A stretch of DNA of 36,913 bases from an uncultured Dongia sp. (GCA_964408245.1 CAYOYT010000001.1:36412-73324); one strand, 5' to 3'; counted from the stretch's first letter, positions 10,176 to 20,019 are shown. Numbers and translations: made by a program. Notes: generated by a model not told the origin, from the sequence alone.

Positions 10176-10565
10176 TTATTCTCGCGGTTTCAACACAATC
10201 GCGCCTTCGTCGCCGCCGGTCGATTGTTCTGTCGACCCGGTTTCCTCGACGGTTTCAGACTTCGATTCAGAATCGGCCAGATTAGCTTTCAGATTCTCAT
10301 CGTCGATCAATTGCTTGACCTCGGACGATTCGTCGGTCGACTCAACGTTCGTTGACGGCAAGAACCGCGACAGAACGCCGGTTGCCGACGCTTCCCAACC
10401 CAATCGCTCGCGTTCCGGAATCGCGTCGTATGGTGGATGTGGAAACGGAACGCCCGCGTCCACAACGCCACGAAACGAATCGTACGCCACGCGGCCCGGC
10501 GTCGGCTGAACTTCGACCGCAACCGATCCAGCCGCGCCTTCCGTGTTTTCGTCGGACATGATCAT
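10176..10565 (-). CDS. Hypothetical acidic protein
   Basis: 129 aa, co-oriented, fills the operon. Confidence 0.55.
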   Translation of the reverse strand: MIMSDENTEGAAGSVAVEVQPTPGRVAYDSFRGVVDAGVPFPHPPYDAIPERERLGWEASATGVLSRFLPSTNVESTDESSEVKQLIDDENLKANLADSESKSETVEETGSTEQSTGGDEGAIVLKPRE

Positions 10566-10622
10566 TTTCCGTTTTCAGAGAGAATTAATCGGCAACCAAC
10601 GCGACGAACAAACGACCCAGGA

Positions 10623-11126
10623 TCAATTAACGGTTTCGCTGGCTTTCGCCCGTTCCCGTTCAGAAATCCGCGATTGAATTTCTTTCGCCTTTTCCAACGT
10701 CGCCGGAATCAACGTTCGCGCTGTCGTGATTTCGCCGCGTTTCCATTCCGGGAATTCTGAGAACTCGTTTGCCGACTCCGGCAGTTTTTCGAGTTGCGAC
10801 CAGATTTCCGCGAGTCGATCCAATTTCCCATATTTCCGAGAAACCAGATTCACCGGATGCGATTGCCGCAGATTCGGCGCATGACAATCGGCCAACGCAT
10901 CTTCGAGCCGATCGAACACCACTTTACCGGCTTTGAACTGGCCGAATCGCGCCAAAAACACTTGCGCGGCATTGATCGACGCATCCGACAACGCCTCAGC
11001 GTTAATCCGACCGCCAGCCATCGCAAAACTGGCCGCAAACAACTCTATCGAAACCCGTTTCAGTTCGTTCGATTCGTAATCTTTTTTGTCGCCTTTGGCC
11101 GTTTCCGTTTTCGTTCCGTCCGACAT
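10623..11126 (-). CDS. Hypothetical protein
   Basis: About 167 aa, helical, co-oriented. Confidence 0.6.
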   Translation of the reverse strand: MSDGTKTETAKGDKKDYESNELKRVSIELFAASFAMAGGRINAEALSDASINAAQVFLARFGQFKAGKVVFDRLEDALADCHAPNLRQSHPVNLVSRKYGKLDRLAEIWSQLEKLPESANEFSEFPEWKRGEITTARTLIPATLEKAKEIQSRISERERAKASETVN

Positions 11127-11163
11127 GATTCTACCCAAAAAGAGATTATTTGCGCGGAATAGA

Positions 11164-11193
11164 ACGCCGGTTGATCAAAAGACCAACCGGCGC
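11164..11193 (-). terminator. Stem-loop after the capsid genes (weak terminator or mRNA stabiliser)
   Basis: Minus strand GCGCCGGTTGGTC-TTTT-GATCAACCGGCGT, with a poor U-tract. Confidence 0.45.
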
Positions 11194-11223
11194 TTTTCTG
11201 AAACATACCGAATCTGGCGAGCG

Positions 11224-11733
11224 TTAAGCAATCGCCGAAATATTCGTTGCTCCGGCGTAACGGATGCCGCACAGAATGTAGAAGGCGCATCCCAACTGAG
11301 CGTTTCCGCCAACGTCGGGGATCGTCAACCGCATATACTTAAACCCGTTCGCCATATCCAAATCGGTCGCAAGAACTTCGGTTGCGATCACCGACGCCGC
11401 TTCCGCGCTGTCGGTATTCGTGTAAGTCGCCGCCGCCGTTTGCGTGACAATCGTCCATAGCGGAGTCGACGCAATTGCACCAACTTTGATCCGCAGACGC
11501 GACACGTTCAGCGCCTTCAACCCGCCGCCGCCCGTCGATGTTGCCTGTTGCAACGTGAAAACGGGATCGTCACCGGCGGTTCCGACCGCCTTGAACAGCA
11601 CGACTACGCAACGATCGCACAAGCTCATATTGACGTATTGGCCGTTGTTCGCCGCCGACTGCATATCGACCGGGATAAACCCCGGAACGATGTCGTGAGT
11701 TTCGAGAAACTCGTGATTGTAATCGCCGCTCAT
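11224..11733 (-). CDS. Probable capsid decoration/head-associated protein
   Basis: 169 aa, beta-rich Ala/Thr/Gly, directly after the major capsid. Positional inference. Confidence 0.55.
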   Translation of the reverse strand: MSGDYNHEFLETHDIVPGFIPVDMQSAANNGQYVNMSLCDRCVVVLFKAVGTAGDDPVFTLQQATSTGGGGLKALNVSRLRIKVGAIASTPLWTIVTQTAAATYTNTDSAEAASVIATEVLATDLDMANGFKYMRLTIPDVGGNAQLGCAFYILCGIRYAGATNISAIA

Positions 11734-11811
11734 TTTGTCCCAATCCTTAACGGGTTCAGAATTTCGTCAGTACCGCCACAAGACAAAAACCACCAGCCCC
11801 GACAACGGTTC

Positions 11812-13161
11812 TTAACGAGCCGCGATCGTGACGAAACTTGATTGCGTGTTGCTGCCCTGGTAAGGCGTCAACGGTGAATTCTCCCACGGGCAAGCGTTCA
11901 TTCGCAGGGTGAATCGCAGCGCCGTTTGATCGGACAAGAACTCGACATGCATCGAAACCGCTTGTTCGATACCGCCCTTGCTGATCGAGATGATTTGCGA
12001 CAAGTCAGCCAACAACAAATCGCCGACAGCGCCCAACGTCGGGCAGAATTCAATCGGCGTGATCGGTCGACCGCCCAAGGTTCCGTATGGCGCGCCTGAC
12101 AATCCAGTCGGCGGCATGAAGACCAGTTGCCCCGAGTAGGTTCCGGTTGCTAGCGACAGTTGCATCAACTGTTGGATAGCGTCCTGATTACAGAACCATT
12201 CCGCATTCTGGAAATACGGCGCGAACATGCGGTTTTGCATCTTGGCAACGTTGGCACCGACGATCGTTGTTCCGCCTTGACCGCCTTCAGCCGCAACCGA
12301 AATCAGGCTTGGCGCTTTCAGCGCGCCCAACGGTTTGCCGACCCCGTCGCCGTTGATGATTGCATCGCCCGTCATGAACTCGAATTCGCTTGACGCTTTC
12401 TTGTTCACGTATTGTTCGAGCGCAAACCCGTTGTCGGCAATCAGTTCATCCGTCAGATAGACAATCACCATCAACTTCTGAAGGCGGAGGTTGATTTCTC
12501 GCAACGACGGTTTCGACGCCGTAACCGTGTCGCCTTCACCAGCCCAATAGCCACGCAATCCACCGTGACGACTTCCGTTCGCTCGTGACGTTTCAGCGTT
12601 CGCCAGGAACATCATGTTGTTCCCGCCGACCGTGTAATTGTTCGTGCGGTTGAAAATCGTGTTGCCGAACAAGTGTTCGAGGATCGTCATCGAGAATTCC
12701 GGCAGAACGGCAAAGCCGCCGTCTCCGCCGATTTTCTCGGACATGCCTTGGACCGCTTTGAACTGGGTTCGCATCTTGTCGGCAAATTCCGACGTGTGGC
12801 CGCGTTCCATCCCTTCCCGGATGAAATGCGTCATCGACTTGAATTGCGACAGAGGTTCATACCCCTGACGAATCATCGATTTCAACGCGGTTTTATGGTC
12901 CGGTTGATGCGCGTTCGGCCCCTTGCCTTGCGACCCGAACACGAGCGTTGCGCTTTCGTCGGAGTATCCCCAACCGCCAGAGATTCGACCATCGGCATCG
13001 CGACGGACCCCACCGAGATCGGGAGTCATTTTCAGAGACTTCAGTTGAGTCTCGTAATCGTCTCGCTCCTTTTTGATCGTCGCCAACTCCGTTGAAATCT
13101 TCTGGTTGTTGGCTTCCGCGATTTTGACCTTTTCCAAAACTTCGCTGATCGTTGCGGACAT
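11812..13161 (-). CDS. Major capsid protein, HK97 fold
   Basis: Coiled-coil N-terminal delta-like domain, DGGFAVLPE, WAGEG, LTDELIAD, NGDGVGKPLG, GDLLLADLS. AAAGGA RBS before ATG 13161. Confidence 0.95.
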   Translation of the reverse strand: MSATISEVLEKVKIAEANNQKISTELATIKKERDDYETQLKSLKMTPDLGGVRRDADGRISGGWGYSDESATLVFGSQGKGPNAHQPDHKTALKSMIRQGYEPLSQFKSMTHFIREGMERGHTSEFADKMRTQFKAVQGMSEKIGGDGGFAVLPEFSMTILEHLFGNTIFNRTNNYTVGGNNMMFLANAETSRANGSRHGGLRGYWAGEGDTVTASKPSLREINLRLQKLMVIVYLTDELIADNGFALEQYVNKKASSEFEFMTGDAIINGDGVGKPLGALKAPSLISVAAEGGQGGTTIVGANVAKMQNRMFAPYFQNAEWFCNQDAIQQLMQLSLATGTYSGQLVFMPPTGLSGAPYGTLGGRPITPIEFCPTLGAVGDLLLADLSQIISISKGGIEQAVSMHVEFLSDQTALRFTLRMNACPWENSPLTPYQGSNTQSSFVTIAAR

Positions 13162-13235
13162 CGTAAATCCTTTCGAAATCAACTGTCGCGGATTTCGGCC
13201 CGCAACTGGGAAAAACTACAATTCGACAAGTCGAA

Positions 13236-14645
13236 CTAAGCGTTAGCGCTGAGTTTGTTCACCGCCGCCAATGCCTCGTCCAACTTCTTTTGTTCGTCTG
13301 GCGAAATCGCGGTCTTCGCTTTGGCGTTCATCGACTTGAGCGCCGTTGCTTTCGCTTGATCAACCAAACGCCCCTGGTGATTCACGACTTCCGTCAGAAT
13401 CTTTTTCTGCTTTGGCGTGAGATTGTTCGCGGAAATCAACGATTTCAATTGGTGAGTCAACCCGACCATTTGATGCCGCGTCGACAGATTCAGAGACAAC
13501 ATCGACTTCATCTCAGAATCAAGTTGGTCATCGCCCATATCGTCTTCACTTTCGCCTTCGTCCTCGGTCGACAGCGAAGATTTGATCGATGGGTAATGCT
13601 CAACCGATGCGCCTTCCAGCGCTTTCAAATGATCGCCGAGACTGTCGCGAATCGCCGACATCGACCCTTTAACGCCTTCGTGTTCAAGCCGATGATCGAG
13701 GCAACCATTCAGAGTTTTGTAGCATTGCTTCAAAACCGAATGCGTTGAATCAATGATCTGTTTGCCATACGGCATCATGTCCGGATCGAGTTCCATCGGT
13801 TCGCTACCAGCGCCTTCACCGGCTCCGGAATCACCGGCCCCGGCATCGTCGCCAGCACTCGCCGCCGCTTCATCCGCCGGAGTCGTTTTGTCAACGTCTT
13901 CGACCGTTTCGTCAGCATCGCCAGCCATTTTATTTTTCCCCGGTAAACCAATTCCCAGCGCCTTCAACTGAGGCGCAACCGACAACAGCGACTTCATCAC
14001 GGACGGAACGATTTTCGAACCGCCGAGACGATTTCGATGAATGGCTTTTGCGACTGAATCGGGGTTCACCCCCAACGCGCACCAAGACCATTCTTCCAAG
14101 AACCATTCATCAACAATCAGGATTTCCCGACCGTCGATCCATTTCGAACGAACCCGAATCGGCGTTTCGCGTACGGACGTTGCCCGAACTACGCCTTCAT
14201 CGACCAATTCGAAAATTTGCATTGCCTCGACGGACGACTGAGCGAAAAAGCATGTTGCCTCGACGCTGTCATCATTGATCACAACCGTTAGCCGACCGTC
14301 GTTGTCCTCGGACCGGCCAATCGGGGTTGATAATCCTTCCAGCCCATGCCCCCACATCACCACCGGGTTCTTCCGGTACTGACTGAGATTGCAACCGGCG
14401 GGAATCAACAAGTCTTTTTTACGGTCGACAGTCGCTACGGAAATCAGCGTTTTTGCGCTGACCGCCGCACGGTCGACGTATGGTTTGCCGACCCGGTTCA
14501 TCCCAAGCGAAGAACTGTCAACGAATTTGTAATGCGAACCGATTTGATGAATTGGGGTTGTTCGGCCATCCAAAATCTTACGAACTTGACTTGCGTCGAC
14601 CGCAAACCCGTTCTTTGTTCGTTGATTTTGAGTTAAACCGCTCAT
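13236..14645 (-). CDS. HK97-family prohead protease with long C-terminal scaffold-like extension (start uncertain)
   Basis: DRKKD, YRKNPVVMWGH, PIGR, ATSV, LEEWSWCALGVNP motifs. Directly upstream of the capsid gene. Confidence 0.9.
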   Translation of the reverse strand: MSGLTQNQRTKNGFAVDASQVRKILDGRTTPIHQIGSHYKFVDSSSLGMNRVGKPYVDRAAVSAKTLISVATVDRKKDLLIPAGCNLSQYRKNPVVMWGHGLEGLSTPIGRSEDNDGRLTVVINDDSVEATCFFAQSSVEAMQIFELVDEGVVRATSVRETPIRVRSKWIDGREILIVDEWFLEEWSWCALGVNPDSVAKAIHRNRLGGSKIVPSVMKSLLSVAPQLKALGIGLPGKNKMAGDADETVEDVDKTTPADEAAASAGDDAGAGDSGAGEGAGSEPMELDPDMMPYGKQIIDSTHSVLKQCYKTLNGCLDHRLEHEGVKGSMSAIRDSLGDHLKALEGASVEHYPSIKSSLSTEDEGESEDDMGDDQLDSEMKSMLSLNLSTRHQMVGLTHQLKSLISANNLTPKQKKILTEVVNHQGRLVDQAKATALKSMNAKAKTAISPDEQKKLDEALAAVNKLSANA

Positions 14646-14723
14646 GTTGGAGCGATTAGAACCGTGAAGACAAAACTTGTGAAGATGCGCAACTAACATT
14701 CCGTCCAAATGCGCGCCAAATTT

Positions 14724-15068
14724 CTATTCGGCAACGTACGACGTGTAGAGCGGTTCATTACACGATGGGCAATAGCGCTTCTGGATGCGCAGACCGCCAG
14801 CGAGTTTTAACGTCCCTTTGACTCGGCAGATGCGTTTGCACTTGTGGCAGACGGGTTTTTTCGTCAGAGACCACCAGCCGCAAAACGGACGTTTCTTCCG
14901 TGCGACCTTGAGCGGCTGGCCTTCAATGGCTTTGCTATCCGGCAACTTCGGAGCGCCGTTGAGTCGGCAAAGCCGATTGAACTTTCGGCAGACTGGCTTT
15001 CGCAATAATGACCATCCGTGAAATGGCCTTGTTGCTCTCGCGACTTTGACCGTTTGCCCGTACGTCAC
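14724..15068 (-). CDS. Basic zinc-finger protein with internal duplication
   Basis: CHKC...CPSC, plus two ~35-aa repeats beginning KVAR. Confidence 0.55.
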   Translation of the reverse strand: MTYGQTVKVARATRPFHGWSLLRKPVCRKFNRLCRLNGAPKLPDSKAIEGQPLKVARKKRPFCGWWSLTKKPVCHKCKRICRVKGTLKLAGGLRIQKRYCPSCNEPLYTSYVAE

Positions 15069-15124
15069 TTCAATAATCCCTTCGAAGTTCCCCCTATCAT
15101 TGACGGAATTTCGAGAGATAGCAA

Positions 15125-16021
15125 TCAGAGACGGTTAGCGTAGTCGATCCAACAGGCGCAACGCGGATGAATCGGCGCTCCGTTTGGATATCGCGCGCCC
15201 CACTCGCGGCGAGTCGTCAGATGATTCGGCGCGCAGATTCCGCAGACGTTGCTGTGCAGAAAATCGCAATGCCAGAGATCGTCAGCCGAGATCCCAACCG
15301 TGTTACCGATCGCGATTTCCCCGCCCTGGAACCGCGTTCGCGTCGTCTCGTCGGACACAATCCGATCGATCCGATGAACCCCAAAGGCGTCGTCAACCAG
15401 CCGATCGAGTTCCTCGTCGGAAATCTCCGGTTCCGGCTCGATGTCCGGTTCCGTCTGGATAGGCGTTTTCCGCCCAACTTCCTGCGGCACTTCGAGTTCC
15501 GGAATTTCATCGACAGACGGTTCAGACGGTTCGCCCACCGTCCTGGGAAGTCGTGCCCGACTGCCCGGCGGCACGTCCGGCGGTTCCCCCGTCCGCTGAA
15601 ACGGGTTTTCGCGGTTTCGGCGACGATGTTCGGCCACGCTGGCATCGGTTTCGAACCCCGGGTCGACCGGTTCCGGTTTCAACTTGTCGAACTTCTGAGT
15701 GATTACCGCCCGAGTTGAATCCGACCAATATTTCCCGAATCGCGACGATGAACCCACCGCCAGCCCGTACGCGGTCAATTGTGCTTCGGCCCCGTCCCAA
15801 CCGTGAAGCGCAAACGATTCGTTGAACAACAGCAGGAAAATCGGGAAGAATTCGCGATCGGCTTCGTCTTCGACCTTATCCCAAAACGATTGCGGGACGT
15901 TTTTTAGACTCGGCGGTTCCCCGAGCAACCGGCGGAATTCGCGCATGTGGCGACGCGCCACGGCCCCGAACTTTTTCCCAAACTCAACTTCCATTCGCTC
16001 GCGGTCTGGAAATTCTGGCAT
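15125..16021 (-). CDS. MuF/SPP1 gp7-like head morphogenesis protein
   Basis: C-terminal RIVSDET, CGICAP and PIHPRCAC motifs. Pro/Glu-rich central insert. Confidence 0.75.
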   Translation of the reverse strand: MPEFPDRERMEVEFGKKFGAVARRHMREFRRLLGEPPSLKNVPQSFWDKVEDEADREFFPIFLLLFNESFALHGWDGAEAQLTAYGLAVGSSSRFGKYWSDSTRAVITQKFDKLKPEPVDPGFETDASVAEHRRRNRENPFQRTGEPPDVPPGSRARLPRTVGEPSEPSVDEIPELEVPQEVGRKTPIQTEPDIEPEPEISDEELDRLVDDAFGVHRIDRIVSDETTRTRFQGGEIAIGNTVGISADDLWHCDFLHSNVCGICAPNHLTTRREWGARYPNGAPIHPRCACWIDYANRL

Positions 16022-16511
16022 CGTCGGCCCCCGAACATCGATCAAGACTCCGCGCCATGGTATACGCTGATTCGTCCCCATGATAACCGCGAATCGTGTC
16101 GATCGCATGGAACCCGAGTTGCCGGAAGAACAGCTGAGCGCTGAGATTCGATTCGGGAATGTTCACCAATACCGAATCAATGCATCCGTCTTTCAGCATG
16201 CGGGAAAGATAGCCGACCAGTTGCCGCCCGAATCCCTGTCGCTGATAAACCGGTTTGACGGCGAGTCTCAGAATCTCGAAATGGGTTAAATTCGACGATA
16301 CGATCAGGTATCCGGCCACGTCGCCACAGAAAGCGCAATTCACCACGCCCCATCGGTATTGGCCCGGGACGCATTGCAACGACTTCGCAAACGTCCGCAT
16401 TGTCCACCGTGCGGACTCGCCGAACACCAGCCGATCGATTTTCAGCACTTCCCCAAACCGCCCGTCGATCTCGCCGTCGAACCCAAGAATGTTGCCGACT
16501 TCTCGCAGCAT
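15984..16511 (-). CDS. GNAT acetyltransferase, RimI-like
   Basis: ILRLAVKPVYQRQGFGRQL (motif A), ESNLSAQLFFRQLGF, ESAYTM. GGAGGA RBS. Confidence 0.85.
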   Translation of the reverse strand: MLREVGNILGFDGEIDGRFGEVLKIDRLVFGESARWTMRTFAKSLQCVPGQYRWGVVNCAFCGDVAGYLIVSSNLTHFEILRLAVKPVYQRQGFGRQLVGYLSRMLKDGCIDSVLVNIPESNLSAQLFFRQLGFHAIDTIRGYHGDESAYTMARSLDRCSGADDARISRPRANGS

Positions 16512-16628
16512 GCTGTTTTTTCCTCCCTGAAACGCACAAACGGCACTGAGAAGAATTAACTTCCCGATGCCGTTCGTGCATGCGCTGGGTCGACCCAAGA
16601 ATACCGCCAGACGATTCCGGCGGCAACG

Positions 16629-16859
16629 TCAATCGGTTTCGTCGTCCTCTTCCCGCTTCGGCCACGGACGCCCCGCCCCCCGGATCGCTTCGTCGATTCC
16701 GTACGACTCGGCGAGCCGTTCGAGGATGATTTTCTGTTTGGTAATCTTCGGATCTTTCTTCTGGCGCTTGACCAATTCTTTGGAAACCGCTTTCAACCAT
16801 TCCGGCGGCAACCGCAACGCCACAAAATTTTCAGTCGACAAGTTAACTGCCCTCCCCAT
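16629..16859 (-). CDS. Ribbon-helix-helix-like DNA-binding protein
   Basis: FVALRLPPEW strand followed by two helices, 76 aa. Confidence 0.55.
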   Translation of the reverse strand: MGRAVNLSTENFVALRLPPEWLKAVSKELVKRQKKDPKITKQKIILERLAESYGIDEAIRGAGRPWPKREEDDETD

Positions 16860-16903
16860 TCTATCGTTCAGAACCCGCCGGACACGCCCCGCCGGAACCG
16901 CGT

Positions 16904-17278
16904 TCAGACTTGGAACGAATGAACGTCCCGCACGGCCAACAACGCCGCGTTCACGTCGCCACAGACGCGCAGCAGTTCCGCCGCCGCTTTCATCATCTCG
17001 CGCGTGATCTGTAGCGCACCAGTCGACGTATGCGGTTGAACCGACGTTCGAATCGTCACATCCCGCACGACTGCGGCCCGTTTCTTTTTCCCGCGTCCGC
17101 CCGCGATTCCCAGTTTCTTTCGAGTCGTGTAGAACGCCACCGAAAAACTGTTCTTGTTGATCACATGCCCAGGATGGTTTTCCTTGATGTGCTGCTGAAC
17201 TTCCGCCGACGATGCCCGCTTGTTTTTCGCCAAGTAATCACGGATCGCTTCAGACATATTGAATTCTACATTTTTCAC
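16904..17278 (-). CDS. Basic putative DNA-binding protein of a type common in planctomycetes
   Basis: NMSEAIRDYL...AEV...KKLG, Lys/Arg linker, C-terminal AAELLRVCGDV helices. Family recalled from memory. Confidence 0.6.
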   Translation of the reverse strand: MKNVEFNMSEAIRDYLAKNKRASSAEVQQHIKENHPGHVINKNSFSVAFYTTRKKLGIAGGRGKKKRAAVVRDVTIRTSVQPHTSTGALQITREMMKAAAELLRVCGDVNAALLAVRDVHSFQV

Positions 17279-17338
17279 GAACAATCCCCCTTTGGACTCG
17301 AATCAGATCAACCGGGTTCGCACGTTGCGAAGCCCGAA

Positions 17339-17581
17339 CTATTCCCGCTTGCCGTATTGAGCGCCGCCAAATGGCGTTTCGGCCAACGACAAAAGCAAGT
17401 TGTCTGCCGCCCGAATCGCCTCGACAACCGCGTCATTCTCCGCAACGCCTTCTTTCGCGATGCACGATTGCATCATCAGCGCGGCCACGTATTCACGTTT
17501 TGTTAAACCGCAACCGCCGCCAGGAATTGGTATCGCCGACGAATTGGCGTTAGGCGCTCGGTATTCAAAGTTTTTGAACAT
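17339..17581 (-). CDS. Small conserved phage protein (GLTKREY.AA..MQ family)
   Basis: Motif GLTKREYVAALMMQ...AIRAADNLL. Confidence 0.65.
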   Translation of the reverse strand: MFKNFEYRAPNANSSAIPIPGGGCGLTKREYVAALMMQSCIAKEGVAENDAVVEAIRAADNLLLSLAETPFGGAQYGKRE

Positions 17582-18131
17582 CTTCGACAAACCCCCTCTT
17601 GAACAACGTTGGTTGAACTCCGTGCGGCAGGATTGTTCCGCCATACGAAACCGGGACTTTCGGATTGTTGCCGACCATCCCCAGGCAATGGATATCCGGG
17701 AACGGCGGTTCCCCGGTCAAAATCCGCTCGATAGCGTCCTCGGCATGTCCTACATGACGCTCCGGATTGCCCCATGCGGCAACCGTCAATTCGGACCGCT
17801 TTGCCGTTTTAGCGATCAGTTCAAGATTCTCGCGGACCAAATCACGCAACTGAAAATCGGACCGGCCCCATATATCGCTGAAGTGCGACCTCGCATCGGC
17901 TTTATTCACGTTGAATAACGGCAGCAGACTGACAACGCGAAGTTGATCGTAGCCCCATTCTCGCGAGTGCGCAATGAGATTGTACAAAACCCGATCGTCT
18001 TTCTTTTCGTCGGAGCCGCCAGGATGGTAGAGAATCCAACAAACCGTCTTCGGATTCGCAACCGGGTTCCACTTGCGAACAAGGTAAACCCGATATTTTC
18101 GATCGTGCGCAAATAGTGCGTTCCGGTACAA
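17565..18131 (-). CDS. DUF1643-family protein
   Basis: DRKYRVYLVRKW, KDDRV, WGY, VAAWG motifs. Confidence 0.8.
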   Translation of the reverse strand: MYRNALFAHDRKYRVYLVRKWNPVANPKTVCWILYHPGGSDEKKDDRVLYNLIAHSREWGYDQLRVVSLLPLFNVNKADARSHFSDIWGRSDFQLRDLVRENLELIAKTAKRSELTVAAWGNPERHVGHAEDAIERILTGEPPFPDIHCLGMVGNNPKVPVSYGGTILPHGVQPTLFKRGFVEDVQKL

Positions 18132-18173
18132 CCGCTAACCCTCCAACCCAAGAGAACGAACCGATACCGCCGC

Positions 18174-18569
18174 TCACAGCAACGCGGCACAAGCCTTGAT
18201 CGCGGACGCGACCGCGTTCCACCACGTCACATCGGATTTATCGTTGTGGACTTCGCGAACCGATTTCAGCATTTCGGCGAACATCTTCGGGTTATCGATC
18301 GCATCATGAATCGACGGACACGACAGACAAACTTCGCTTCGATCAGACCAGACGATTCCCGTCCCGGCGTCGTTCATTTCCGCCGCTCGCCCGGTATCGA
18401 GATCGACGAAATAGAACCCATCGTTGCATGCGTCTAACGCTTCATTGGGTTCACCGCCGATCAATTCGTGATCTTGCTCACAGTAATGCGCCAACGCATC
18501 GCGGACCCCGCCAGACCGGACGCAATTATTCAGAGTCAACGTGATTTTCAGACCAACAGTCGTTGCCAT
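18174..18569 (-). CDS. Hypothetical protein
   Basis: MATTVGLKITLTL..., preceded by AGTTGGGGAAA leader. Confidence 0.65.
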   Translation of the reverse strand: MATTVGLKITLTLNNCVRSGGVRDALAHYCEQDHELIGGEPNEALDACNDGFYFVDLDTGRAAEMNDAGTGIVWSDRSEVCLSCPSIHDAIDNPKMFAEMLKSVREVHNDKSDVTWWNAVASAIKACAALL

Positions 18570-18616
18570 TTTATTTCCCCAACTGAAAAACAGGACACAA
18601 CCGGACCCAGGAGAGA

Positions 18617-18889
18617 CTACGCCGATCCGCTGATCGTCCAAGAAATCGTTTTCGTCTCGCCGTCGAGTTCGACTTTGATCGATGATTCGCCCGAGTCGAT
18701 CGCGTCTTCGATCAACTCGTAAACACTCAGCGATTCGTCGGTGTCGTCGCAAAACTGAGCGCCGCAATCGACGATCTCGACACCGTCATCGACGTTGACA
18801 GTCCCACGTAGTTTGCCGCTACCGGCCCAAACCTGATCCACGAAAATCATGATGCCGCGTGTGATTTCGGTTGCGTTCTTGTTCGACAT
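18617..18889 (-). CDS. Hypothetical acidic protein, first gene of cassette A
   Basis: MSNKNATEITRG..., directly after repeated promoter element A. Confidence 0.7.
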   Translation of the reverse strand: MSNKNATEITRGIMIFVDQVWAGSGKLRGTVNVDDGVEIVDCGAQFCDDTDESLSVYELIEDAIDSGESSIKVELDGETKTISWTISGSA

Positions 18890-18897
18890 GATTTGTT

Positions 18898-19000
18898 TCC
18901 CCAACTAAGAAAGTTTCGTTTCGGCCAGCGTGTTTCAGTCGCGTGACACGAACAATTGTAATCAATTATCGACCAACCGCAACCGTAATTGATCACAATT
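18898..19000 (-). promoter_or_regulatory. Repeated promoter/double-operator element A
   Basis: AATTGTGATCAATT (18987-19000), -35 TTGCGG, 16 bp, -10 TACAAT inside AATTGATTACAATT (18954-18967), TGAAAC hairpin, AGTTGGGG. Confidence 0.8.
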
Positions 19001-19008
19001 CCCAAGAA

Positions 19009-19311
19009 TTATTCAGGATTCTTGTCTGGTTCCGTCGTCGAGAAATCCCGCCGGAACTTCTCGCGGAACTCGTCGACTTTCGCATCGACCGTTGCCGCCA
19101 TCGCCTGGAATAGCTTGTATTTCACGTCGTTCGCCACCGTTTGCGGGCATCCGGGGAAATACGCCTTCACCGCGTTATCCGCCGCGATCATCAACGCCGA
19201 CAATGCCTGTAGCTTCCACGGCGAGACGATCTTTTTGGCAATCACGTCTTTCAACCCAATATCGAAATACGAATCAATGTCCGTTCGGATCATTTCCAAT
19301 AGTTTGCTCAT
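19009..19311 (-). CDS. Hypothetical protein
   Basis: 100 aa, ATGA-coupled to the upstream gene. Confidence 0.6.
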   Translation of the reverse strand: MSKLLEMIRTDIDSYFDIGLKDVIAKKIVSPWKLQALSALMIAADNAVKAYFPGCPQTVANDVKYKLFQAMAATVDAKVDEFREKFRRDFSTTEPDKNPE

Positions 19312-19667
19312 TGCCCGGCGTCCTCCGTGGCCTTGTCCGCGACGGCCTGAATCTCGGCAATTAGTTTCTCCGCCCGCTTTCGCCCGTCGATGATCTGGTC
19401 GAGTTGAAACGCCAATTGCTTGATGATCTCCGCTGCCCGCGACTTAAAAACCGATTCCGTGCCGATTTCAAATCGCGAGTGAATAGAAAAAGTCGCTGCC
19501 AGAACAAGACCAATCGCCGCCAATGCGTCGGGATTGTCCAGATCCTCTTTTGTTAACGCATTGGTAATTCGCCCAATCGTTTCACCGAATTTGTCGCCGT
19601 CGTCTTCCGAGTTCACCAGCGCCGCATACGTTTTCAATTTCTGACTCCAATTCTTGTTGCTAAACAT
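19308..19667 (-). CDS. Hypothetical helical protein
   Basis: MFSNKNWSQKLK..., overlaps the upstream stop. Confidence 0.6.
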   Translation of the reverse strand: MFSNKNWSQKLKTYAALVNSEDDGDKFGETIGRITNALTKEDLDNPDALAAIGLVLAATFSIHSRFEIGTESVFKSRAAEIIKQLAFQLDQIIDGRKRAEKLIAEIQAVADKATEDAGQ

Positions 19668-20019
19668 CTCGATACAAATCGACTTCGAACAACGTATCCG
19701 AATGCCGATCTTGCCACACGACTTCACCACATTCGGGACACTCCGCGATTGATTCGGCAGAGTCGTTGACGAACCAACAGTATTCGCAAATGTCGCGGCC
19801 CCAGTTGAACGCCACGGCCTTCGGTGGACCGATTGGAATCCATCCATCCGCTTGCGCGTCGCGACTCTCAGACAACGCTTCGTCGATCGTTTGTCCGCCG
19901 ACTTTCCAGAACTCACGTTTGGTTCGTCGCTTCAGCAGTTTGTTTGTCACGTATCCCGCGACCGCCGACAGCGAACCGCCGATAATCGCGTCGACCGCTG
20001 GAATTCCTGTTAGCGACAT
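19660..20019 (-). CDS. Hypothetical protein, N-terminal hydrophobic segment and CxxC..CxxC zinc ribbon
   Basis: AIIGGSLSAVAGYV, CEYC...CPEC. Confidence 0.6.
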   Translation of the reverse strand: MSLTGIPAVDAIIGGSLSAVAGYVTNKLLKRRTKREFWKVGGQTIDEALSESRDAQADGWIPIGPPKAVAFNWGRDICEYCWFVNDSAESIAECPECGEVVWQDRHSDTLFEVDLYRDV

